This document shows positions 53,555 to 64,000 of a stretch of 64,000 nucleotides of DNA, in pieces (positions within the stretch are counted from its first letter, which is position 1; each line of letters starts with the position of its first letter). The position numbers and the translations under genes were made by a program. The stretch is from Oopsacas minuta. Lineage: Eukaryota > Animalia > Porifera. Where the stretch lies: contig JAKMXF010000099.1 in NCBI GenBank assembly GCA_024704765.1, positions 734,419-798,418 on the forward strand, read 5' to 3'. The notes under the pieces are model-generated. The model did no database searches and was not told the origin of the DNA. It was given only the letters and a program-made list of their open reading frames with translations.

Positions 53555-54447
53555 TAATCGCCGATAAAAAGATACAGCTACATTTTCACCCAACTACATG
53601 TAGTATTTGATATGAAAGAATTCACAAAAGTCAATTTGTGAAAATTTGAGCTCGAAGTGACGTCATCTGTTAGCTTTTTTGGCAAATATATATGAAAAAT
53701 TGCCCCATCATTGAATCCATGTAGGACGGTAGTTATTTATTAATCTATTTATAAAAGTTGAAATTCCAAATGCTCTAAACTATTTCTGTACCGAATACAT
53801 TTGTTATAAAAAAAGTTGGCATTTTTTCGAGTTATCACACAGACAATGGATATCATATCTCAATAATCGTTGCAATATGGTCAATTGAAGATAGCCAATA
53901 TTTAGTATACATCTGTCTTCCCATATCCTTATAATACATTACGATATTTTTATCTCTAATCAAAATGACATAATCAGGAATATGCCCAAATATGGTCATT
54001 TTTGAGATTGCACAATAATCTTTCGGGATTTCATATCAAAATATATTACAAGGTTATGGGAAGTTGTGTGTATACGACAATATGGCTATCCTGATTTGAC
54101 GATAATTGCACGATTATCGAGTTATAAGAGGATAGTAACAAATACGTGCAATCCATGTTCTGTGCGATAACTCGAAAATGTTGCAAATTATCAGGACAAT
54201 TATCTAGATTTTGTACAGAAACGGTTTGAGATCATTTGGTATTCAACATTTTGGACATTGATAAAGAATTAACCTTTTAAACATTGTTTCAAAGATTGAG
54301 CATTTTAAATTCACACTTAGCAATTACGCCAACAGATGACGTCATTTCGCTCTGAACATTTTCAGAAATGTGGTTTTGTGAATTCTTACATATAAACAAT
54401 AGATTCATTCAGGTGAAAATGTACAAATGTAAGATTATTGGCGATTA
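53555..54447. mobile_element. Degraded long-TIR MITE
   Basis: TAATCGCC...TACATTTTCACC...GAATTCACAAAA...TGACGTCATCTGTT on the left is mirrored on the right (AACAGATGACGTCA...TTTTGTGAATTC...GGTGAAAATGTA...GGCGATTA). Confidence 0.7.
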
Positions 54448-54464
54448 ACGAATTCCCCATCGAA

Positions 54465-55000
54465 ATATATAGGTATGCTCTCACGTTTGATGCATACGGT
54501 CCAGTGGCTCAAGTTTGCGTCCCAAAGGGGAAGTATGTTATTGGAAACTTTCCTGTACTCTAGTACTCACAGAAGTTCAAAAGCAATACTTAGAATGTCA
54601 ACCGAGAACTAGAACAGTGGAATCAAGCTTTTGCATGATGATGCAAGAAGCCACAAAACTAAGCTAGTTGCCGAATTTCTAAACGATACGAGGATGCAAA
54701 CTCTTGATCACCCTCTCTATTTCTCTAACCTAAGTCCTTGTTGACTTTGGATGTTTTCAAAGCTGAAAGGTTATCCGTCTGCAAAGTAGTTAAAAGTCGT
54801 ATTGAGATCGGGTTTCGCGATCCACAAGTACCTGAAGTCTATCTCGCAAATAGAGTACAATAAAACATCTCAATGCTTGAGAAACCTATTAAATGAGTGT
54901 AACCGTGTCAAGAGGTTTATTTCAAAAATATATAATTAATTTGATAAGTCATTGTATATGATCATATTGGTGTGAGGTAATCAGTACTTATGAAATGACC
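54465..55000 (+). pseudogene. Mariner family B catalytic-region relic
   Basis: FDAYGPVAQV..P, LLHDDARSHKTK, LDHPLYFSNLSPC. Confidence 0.8.
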
Positions 55001-55499
55001 TAAATATGTGTTTAAACGATTACTCACTACTTGAGGCACTGATGCCACATAAGTAAGTCCTAATCTAAAAGGTTGACAAAATGGTGATTGTTCAATACAT
55101 ATATTTATCGTTTGTGTCTATTCTGGAAAAAAATTTTAGGATAAATTTTCATTATGACGTCATAGATATTTCAACCTCCAATGTTGATGACATCACCTCA
55201 CAATCGCCATATCTCAGATTATTATGAACCAATGAATCGCTTAGCTTTTTCCAGGGATATATAGATTCGTGCTATGAAATAAATACAACGTAAGCTACAG
55301 AATACAAGCTTTAGCTTAGGTTCAGAAAATGTACCAGGGATATGTCACCAGGCCAGGTAATAAAAGGGTCATTAAATAATCCGAAATCTAAACATTTATG
55401 CTCGAAGAAATGTATTGTATGTTTGTAGAACAACAAATTATCGAGGATTATATTTGAAAAAATACAGAAAGTAGCAAAAGCTGTGTAAGGTAAACGAAT

Positions 55500-56160
55500 G
55501 GCGGAACCTTAGTCTTAAGAAATTTGGTATTAGGAAATTTGGTATCAGGAAATTTGGTATCGGAAATATGGTCTCTTGGAAATCTCATGTCTGGAATTTT
55601 CGTATCTGGAATTTCTTTACTTCCTACCATATATATCGTTCTTTTGCAACATTGTCTATCTTGTTTTCTTTTTCTATAAAACAAATTAATACTACCTATT
55701 CCACTAAAATTCGAAAAAAATCCTGGTCTCAAATTCCCAAACAGAAAAACACTTGAATCCTTACAGTTGACTTCAGCAACAATAATGACAACTCGAATCC
55801 TAGCCATCGTCTTCTTCCTTATATAAAACACATATCTCCCACCACCCACACCAATATAATGCAATTCAGAACAAAGTATTCATCAGAATCTAGTTTAGCA
55901 TTAAAATCCCCGAAAACCCTTCATATACCTTTTTGCTAGCTAATCTAAGAAATATCCCGTGATGATCCCGTCCTTCCTTATAGATTCCCGCCCTTTCTAC
56001 CACCTTTTTTGTAACCTTTATACCTTGATATCGATCTTTTGCAACATTATCTACTTGTTTTCTATAAAACAAAGAAATATTACTAAAACCACTAAAGGAT
56101 AAGAAAATTCCAATAGACAAAATTTCCGGAAACGAAATTTCCTGAGACTAATGTTCCGTT
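55500..56160. mobile_element. MITE with TIRs built from ~15-bp tandem repeats (GGAAATTTGGTATC), MULE/foldback-like
   Basis: About 7 degenerate units at 55515-55620 are mirrored at 56105-56156. GTAAGGTAAAC occurs on both flanks as a possible TSD. An internal direct repeat lies at about 55640 and 56036. Confidence 0.6.
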
Positions 56161-58198
56161 TAGTAAGGTAAACATAAATTAACTAAAATTACACTCTTTG
56201 AAACATAACATTGTGTATATTGCTTCATTTCAAAATCAATATACAGTATATAAATAAACCATATATATAAGATTGATGTATTGTACCAAGTTTATAATTA
56301 TAATGTGGAAAAATGTTGGAGCACGGCAGAGTTACGATAGGAACCACGGATGGCACATATTAGTATATTTCCAAATATATCTCGAAAAGAAGAACAAAAA
56401 CTACCAATTTGGTCTAGCGAACCGATTTGAAATTAGAATAAGTATTTGAATTATACGAATGAACAGACTCCCATGGAGGTATCGAAAAGTCGAGTGAGCA
56501 TGCTTATTAGGTCCAGGGGGCATGTTCATTAGGTAGAGTGATTTGCAAGCTCAACAAAATTCTTGCCAACTCACAGTTTGCTTCAGATCCAACTAGAATG
56601 AAATCAAAATCCTACCAGGCTATCCAAATAGTTTATTGAAATGCTCATCTTCTCGACAAAAGGAAAGCTAACTAGATATTCTATCGAAATCCTATCCTAT
56701 CCGTGCCAACGTGAGTTTAGAACACACTAGGTACACATGTTAGCAAGTCCAGCAATCTTCTAGCCAACTCACAGCTTAGTCACTCGACTTTTTATTATTT
56801 GTCCCTTGGACGTTTGTTGAATATAGATCACGATATTCACCTATTCGGTAATTGAATCAGCTAGGGTAATATATCCTCAATGATATAATTGAATTTCATT
56901 TCCCACAATGGGAATATCGTCAAATAAGTGGTCCCACTGCCATACGTTTTGATATAGAGTATGCGTATATGATCATAGTAAGGTAAAATACTGAATGTAG
57001 CTGTTACCGACCAACTAATATGCTTCGACGGAATTATTTGAACATAATTGAAAGAAAGGGATAAACTTTATTCACTTAGACATTAAAACAAAAATATACA
57101 CTAAATAAGATAAATTAATTCCTAAGCACCGTAAGATGAATTGGCAGGTGAGTATTCGTCTCCACGAGAATTGTTTAGAGACCCAGGTCATCCAGCCTCC
57201 TCTCCATTTCTATTTTCGCAAACTGGAGGCTCGTGACTTCTGATGTTAGATCCATTATTTCAGTTTTTATCTCCGTCAATTGGAGAATGGGCCCGCTGCG
57301 TCCTCATGAAAGCCTTGCATCTCATCCTTGATTAGGGAAAGCGTTGCATGGAAATTAGACATGAGGTGTCACTAGAGATAATTCCGTCGTTTATTGGCCA
57401 ATTTGACCAAACTTGGACATCCTGTTTATCCTAACCAAATTTGAACAGGTAATTTGATTTTGAAATGGATATGATACATATTTTGTCCAAATGTAGTCAC
57501 AGCCGATCCGAGTTTGGAAACAGTAAAGAATCACAAATTTTTCATAGTAATGCTTTCAGTCCTTTATGGTTTTATTATGTTTCTAAACTTTCAAGTAGCA
57601 TGTTCCAATTTCAAATCATTTGGGAGCCTATTACTTTTGTAAATTTAATTCGAAACTTCGTGGTTTTGATGCTGAAATTAATGTTTCGGAGAATTCAAAA
57701 GATTTAAGATTTTCATATTGATTCTGATTCCTTATAAAATATATTTGAGATCTATATTTCATATATTCTATACAATTTTTGGATGCTGATTTCAAATTTT
57801 GTATCAGATGTATTCTAAACTGTGGACTTTTCATGTGAAGTATTGTTGTACCCAGTGTAAAAATGAATCCCATTTTCCATGGATAAGATTTTGAAAGTGC
57901 TGAAAACAAAAAGTCAAGGAAAGTCAAAGCGAAAATAATACCAATTGTTGGTTACAAATTATAGTATGTTATATGAAGATGACAGGCCCCCGAAACAGTG
58001 CGCAAATTTGATTTTGGTCATATTCCATTGTCTGTAATCGTTTGCTATGATAATTTCCTAAAGTGATGTCTGTAACTATCTTATTGAATACCGTCTAATT
58101 CTAATTATTCTTGGAAATTACTGTACGAAATTAAACATACAAATGTGTGCATATGCGTGTACTTATGTTTTGAATCATATACCTCTATTTTCTCATAG

Positions 58199-59330
58199 AT
58201 AATTTATTCGAAGAGATCAATGGTTGAACCAATGGCTGCGGTGGCTTACCCCGAATCCAGTCTCGATTTAACGAGAATCCTGAAGGCAAATGACGATTGC
58301 CTCCAAATAATTCTCTGTTACCTTAGCGATCTCCATGGATTAGACCATGCCAAGCAAGCCAAACTTGAATTGATTCTACGTAGAATACGAGAAATGATTG
58401 GAACTTCAAAGAAATAACTTGAAACTTTGTATCGAGATTGGTGGTATTCTGAAATTTGCTCAGAACAATTTATAGCTTCACAAGCCCCCCAAAAACTAAG
58501 TCGGTGCGCCAAATGAAAGAACTTATCCATCTTTCATTACAACATCAGCGCTCCCGCATCTCTAGTGTCCTTGAGTCTATCAGGTCCATCTCGGTGATCG
58601 AAAACACTTCTGAAATTACAATTACATCTCTTGCTTTGCAATTGTTGTGCAATGAAGAAAACAATCGAGAAGTGGCAAGGGTATCTAAATCAATTGTGCA
58701 GGGAAATTGTACTGGTCAATTCGGGCGTGAATCCCAAAAGCAATAATTGGATGTGAACAAGGCAATATTTCTTTTAGACTACTAGAAATTGGCAAAAGGA
58801 ATTATACTCTACTACGACAACTTTTGTTATCTAATGATATTCACTTTCCTACATATCAGAGCGTGGCAGATAATAAAAATAATTTAGTACTACGAAGTAT
58901 GATTCAACTATACCCGAATCCTACAGCCCCAGTTGGTGTGTGTATGCCACACGCACAATTTGTCCACTATACATTTTGTAGAATTATGTCCACTCTACCG
59001 TCCCTTTCAAAAGAGGATTTTCCTCTCCGATTGGTGATGATTTAGATGAATCTGGAAAGCACACAGTATATAATCAACCAAATACGAATACGTCAACTAA
59101 ATGGTTCATACTATTTTTTGCTTTAAAGCAGTACACATTGTCAATTCTAGTGGAAAAGAACTTTGGTAAAACTGCCCGAATTCTCCATTCTCCCAACGTC
59201 CAATTTTCCTTCTTGCTGCGACAGAAAATCATGACAATATTCGCCAATTTATGAAAATATCATCAATCCCGAAACTGATCAAATGAAGAACCAAGGTTTC
59301 TATTTTTGCCGATGATAAACATGTATCTGT
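58199..59330 (+). pseudogene. Transib/RAG1-like transposase relic, 3'-truncated
   Basis: Bridged frames give KELIHLSLQHQRSRI...SIVQG, LDVNKAIFLLDYLEIGKRNYTLLRQLL...FPTY, LDESGKHTVYNQ and LW*NCPNSPFSQRPIFLLAATENHDNI. These resemble RAG1 NBD, DDBD, CDGMG (D600) and [20 protein letters not shown], and Transib DGSGxHSxYxQ / WxNxxPxSxxxCRP. Confidence 0.72.
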
Positions 59331-60274
59331 CAATGTTGTCCATCATTATAGTGATAATTACTAGTTTTAGTTCGAAATGTAGAACATAATAGATTATTCA
59401 AGAGAATTTATCGTAGAATTCGGCACGCAGCGAGGTATAAATGTCTATGGTTGGCGATATAATTATCTCTAAATTATGCCCGATTCCCAAATACAGCTTA
59501 TAGAGGTTTGTTACTAAGGAAATGAATCTGATGGCCGGCTGTGTTCCCTCTCCAACGCTATATTAGCAGCTAAAAGTGACTTAGTAGATATGAATGAATT
59601 TGATTGAATGTTTTGTAATTCAGTATTTAGAAATTCAGTAATTCAGTTTCGGGATTGTAACGACTTATCAGTTATTAGTGTACCAATAGTGTACAAACCT
59701 TTGCTCAGTATAATATATAGACCTAAATCCGTAGTTAAGGATAGCCTGACTTAATGTATTTCTTTGGCTTATATTAGCTTCGTTATATTCTATCTGTCGT
59801 TGTTACAGTATATGGATAAAATATCAAAAACGATTCCAGTTGGATTTCAGTTTCAGTTCGCAGCACTAGTAAACTCCCGGTTTAACTATGTTGGGCATAA
59901 CCAAACTTTCGTTATAACGAAGTGATTCTTTACCCACTATAGCCTCAAAGTAATTGATTTCACTCCGCTTACAACGAAACTAACCGCGGTCACGAGCACT
60001 TCGTTTAAACTTTAAAGAGAGTTTACAATATATTGACCTCAAGCAGACATGGGGTCAAGTTACCTAAAGAGCTTAAGTTCAATCTTTAGAATTTTAATCC
60101 ATTAGGAATTTCATTATATAATATTATAATTTCTCCAATAGGTCCAGAAAATGTAGACGATCTTGGCAATAACCGGGATCCTGGCAAAATAGCCATATAC
60201 TGGGTAAACAGGGAATTCACCAGGATTCCAGTCGATACCTACCCAAACTATTGTAAACGCGCTCACCCATTTTG

Positions 60275-60318
60275 AAATAAAGGCTTAATAAGCTCAAGCC
60301 CTTATTAAGCCTTTATTT
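60275..60318. repeat. Perfect 18-bp hairpin with 8-nt loop
   Basis: AAATAAAGGCTTAATAAG ctcaagcc CTTATTAAGCCTTTATTT. Confidence 0.95.
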
Positions 60319-60609
60319 GAATATGGGCTTAATTTCAAGCATAAGCACTAGACAAAGAGTTAAGTCTGGACTTATGCCCTTCAGCCATTATTTGGAAAGC
60401 CATAATTATTTTTGAAAATCTACATGCAACGTAAGAAAGTATGTTACGAAACTTCTAAAAGCATATAAGCAAGAGAGTATACGTCCTTTGATTATATCCA
60501 AATATAGAAGTCCATTAGTTATATGTATTTCTTGTAATAGGCTTGAGGTAGCGCTTTAATTTGTTCGAATTTGTATGTTGTTATTTGTTTGAAATAATGA
60601 GGTTGTCAT

Positions 60610-62440
60610 ACGTTAGACTAATAATTTTCTGATGTTGGCATTAGTTCGACTAGTATTTTCCGATGTTGTCATTTGTCCGACTAGTATTTTCCAATGTTTT
60701 CAATTTCTATTAATTCTTGACACCTCAATGACATACAACAAAAGGTTTCCTATTGTAATCATTGATATGCTTTGGCACTTTTAATACCCCTATTGATTGC
60801 GGGATAAATAAATATAGAAAATATCACATTGAGTTAAGCAGTATGGAGTACACACTAAATACTTACAAACAAATTCGTGGATCAATCTACACAACTTATG
60901 ATGACCACAAATACCTAACCACGAAAAGAAAGAATAGTGTTGCATATTTGAAATGTATTCTTTTCCGCGAAGCCTGTAAAACAAAACCAAAGCTCAATCA
61001 AGACCTAAACAAGATAAGTTTATCTAGACAACGTAACCATGGGCTTGATCATTATAATGATGATATTTACTTAAGAAAGAAGAACTGTAAAGAGGCAGCA
61101 AAATCTTCAGGAGAGAATCTCCGAAAGATTTTCAATGATCAGACAAGAACAGTTCCTGCAGGTAGAAGCATCTCTTTTGTGAATTGCGAATCGACCATGT
61201 TGTTCATGTATCGTGTGAGAAGGAATCATCAGCCAAAAGATACCCCGAAACGCATTTGAACTTGAGAGCACACTTCCAGGAACTATATATGGAATTCATT
61301 TTCAAAGCTCAGTGGTTTTGGCAGTGATCGAGCTTTCATTTTTTCTCTAATGAATTAATCCCATGTTGGTTGATTTCTCAGAAATCTGTTTTGATGGGAC
61401 CCTTTTTACAGTCCCAATGCAGTTTTACCAACTGTGGACAATATTTATTGTGGTAAATCAGCACATCATCCCAGGAATACACTGCCTCTTGACAGGTAAA
61501 TCTGAACAGTTGTATGATACTCTGTTATCAAAACTTCGGGAAATTGTTCCTCAACTTCAACCAGAAAATTCAATGTCAGATTGGGAACAAGCAGCAATAA
61601 ACGCAGTAAAAAATATTTCAGTGGCATAAAACTCCAAGGTTGGTGGCTCCATTGTACACAAATAATTTAGACAAAGGTCCAAAAACTAATCTTGCCAAGA
61701 CGTACATCAGTAACGTTGAATTTCAAAATTATGTACAATGTATAATGGCTTTCCCTTTCTTACCACAAGATTTAATACAATCAACATACAATGAGATCAT
61801 CAGTATCTCGATATGGACGAAGCTATAATGGTCAATGTCATCATATTTACAAATATATTCAAAGGAGGATTAACCAAATACCCACTAACGAATTATCGAC
61901 CTTTCATCAGAAAATGGCAACTAACAACGGATCAGAAAGCTACCATGCCAGACTAAAATCATTAATCAAATGGTGCAAGCCTAGGATTTGGAGCTTTTGA
62001 GATACAATTAATGAAATGATAATCGATACAGATAATGAGTTGGCATGAATCAAAGAAGGATTGCAAATCACAAGAAAAAGAAAATTGATCAATGTTGAAA
62101 ATGAAGCACGACTTAGTAAATGTAAAGAGCAACTTATTAGTGGTTCCTACACACCATTGGAATTTATCCGAGCAATTAGTCACACTGTGGGTTCTCTAAC
62201 TAACTTAAACACAGATCCTTACAATTCTGATGATGAGGGTGATAATGATGTAACTGAATTGGCACAAAGTTGATCTTCGGAAAATCGAAATTTGTGTGTT
62301 GTTTGTTTAAGATTGAGAGAAACAACGTGTGTATTTGTGCCATGCAAGCACACAAATGGTTGTCAAAGATGCACGATAACTATTGAAGAATTAGGGCAAA
62401 CATACTCTATTTCCGATCCCCAATAGAATATACTTTTCAT
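60610..62440 (+). mobile_element. MULE (Mutator-like, Phantom-type) element: tandem-repeat terminus, FLYWCH-like N-terminus, MULE DDE core, C-terminal RING; defective
   Basis: About 31-bp unit x2.7 at 60616-60701. YLKC...C...H N-terminal motif; CFDGTLFTVPMQFYQLWTI...LLTGKSEQLY...MSDWEQAAINA; GWWLH; TNNGSESYH; then LCVVC...PCKH..GCQRC. Confidence 0.88.
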
Positions 62441-62450
62441 ATATTTACTA

Positions 62451-64000
62451 CGGGCATTCAAAAGTTCCGACCCTACCCCGTATTTTTGTACTATACAGAA
62501 TATACATGTACAATTGTTAAATTTTCTCGAAATAATCACCATTAATGTCTATTACTAGTTGTAGACAATCTAGCCATTAAAAATACATTATTATACAGTG
62601 AAACCTCTGGAATCGAGCATGCTAGATACTGGGAAAATTTCTGACGCCCTGATTGTGGAAATTCCCCGATTCTGGATTTCAGTGTAGTATTGTGTCAAAA
62701 TCACCATTTCCCGTATATATGTAGTTCATATTATGTCATACTATTGTTTCGTATTGCTAGTGACCCTTAACGTTAAAATAATTCATTCTGCTACATATTT
62801 ACCCTAAGAGGCGGATTGAATTGATTTCTTGTTCACCTACGTAGCATTTATATTGTTTTATTCGATAATTATTGCGAAAATAAAATTTATTGAGTTGATT
62901 TCAGTATTGGTGCCCCGATTGCGTAGGAGATTTTAGTATTAGTTCCATGCAAGCTGAAAGAATTAGATTATCAGGGTTTGCCCCGATCCCCCGATTCCAG
63001 AGGTTCATTTGTATAGGAAAATATTTTCGCAAAATTCAAGTGCCCCAATTTCAGAGGTTCCCAGATTCCAGAGGTTTCACTGTAGTCCCCGGGCGGGATA
63101 TTTTTTAGGGATCTCCAAATTGCGTTCCCTAGGTCGATTCTGGTATCAAAATGCATGCCTGTAAGCTCCTTTTCCAACATTGCAAAGAGCCAGAAATCAC
63201 AAGGAGCGAGGTCAGGTGAGTAGGGCGGGTGATCTAACACACAACTCTCATTCTATCCAACTCTAACTTTACGAGCTTAGTTTTATGTGGGCGTGCATTA
63301 CCGTGCAATAATCGCATGCCCCGCGCTCCAGACTTTGGCCTTCGCTCCCAGTAATGTTTTTCCACTTCTGAGAGGCAACTGTTGGCATAAAAGTCCCCAG
63401 TAATTGTCTTCCCTCTTTTGGTATTATAATCTCAGCAACTGGGCCATGTGCATCAAAGAAAATTGAGTACCGGACCTCCTGATCTCTGAAGTCCGGCCTA
63501 GGATTGAGAGGAGGCACCTCACCTTTTACGACCCATACCTTATTTCTTTCCTTGGATAGTGGCTCATCGTATCTTATCCAAGTTTCGTCACCAGTAATGA
63601 TTTCTGCTAGCCTTCTTGGATCCGATTCTTTATACTCGGAGAGCATTTTTCTACACAAGTTACCCGACGGTCCTTTTGGTCCTCTGCAAAGGAATGCGGG
63701 ATCCACCTCGAACAAATTTCGGTAACTCTAAGCTCATCGATATGGAATGAAGAGTCCCCGTTGAGCTCCCTACACTAATAGCTAACTCCTTAACACTGAT
63801 ATGAGGATCTTCTTCCACTCTTCAGCGAATTTCAGAGGTGTTATGCTAGTGACAGCGGATCTGGGACGCCCGATTCGTTCCTCATCTTCCAGTGACTCTC
63901 GTCCTTCACGAAACCGCTTGGCACACTCCTTCACAGTATTATATGAAAGGCTAGCATCTCCGTAAACGACTTCCAAGTCAATAATGCTATCCTTCGGGCC
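62451..64000 (-). mobile_element. Mariner family B element (5' end outside the window), defective
   Basis: TA|CGGGCATTCAAAAGTTCC TIR; SLEDEERIGRP, IITGDETW, RPDFRD, DHPPYSPDLAPCDFWLF. Confidence 0.93.
62596..63082. mobile_element. pogo/Tigger-like MITE (487 bp) nested in the mariner coding region
   Basis: Perfect 19-bp TIR CAGTGAAACCTCTGGAATC with TA on both sides. Removing it restores mariner ...IPPGDY|NNVFLKWL...GDYFEK. Confidence 0.93.

Noticed and set aside
55448-55864. 138-aa ORF with PDTKF repeats as a protein-coding gene
   Set aside because: The periodicity is simply the translation of a 15-bp tandem DNA repeat in a MITE terminus; there are no other coding features.
60616-60701. ~31-bp repeats as a CRISPR array
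   Set aside because: The repeats are contiguous with no unique spacers, there are no cas genes, and the context is eukaryotic. They fit a MULE terminal tandem repeat.

Overview
AT-rich eukaryotic (animal) genomic DNA; the species cannot be determined from the sequence. The only host gene I can support is the 3' part of a receptor-tyrosine-kinase-type gene on the + strand. Three exons (1-184, 14356-14493, 40472-41216) splice in frame through canonical GT-AG junctions to give kinase subdomains VII-XI and a Ser-rich tail ending in ETEL*. The two introns (14.2 kb and 26.0 kb) and the 23 kb downstream are largely filled with transposable elements, many nested and decayed. These include mariner DD34D, Tc1 DD34E, an apparently intact maT DD37D element, pogo-type MITEs, Ac-type and Buster-type hAT, Chapaev3, P/THAP, Kolobok-like, MULE, a Helitron helicase relic and a LINE RT relic. 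Most notable: (i) a decayed Transib/RAG1-like transposase that appears to keep a RAG1 nonamer-binding-domain-like segment and an upstream splice acceptor; (ii) a MULE transposase with an in-frame C-terminal RING finger; (iii) a 580-bp identical tract shared by two otherwise diverged dead mariner copies 15 kb apart; (iv) long-TIR foldback MITEs whose two arms co-vary within each copy. All protein-family assignments come from motif recognition by eye and memory, with no database searches. Boundaries of decayed relics are approximate.
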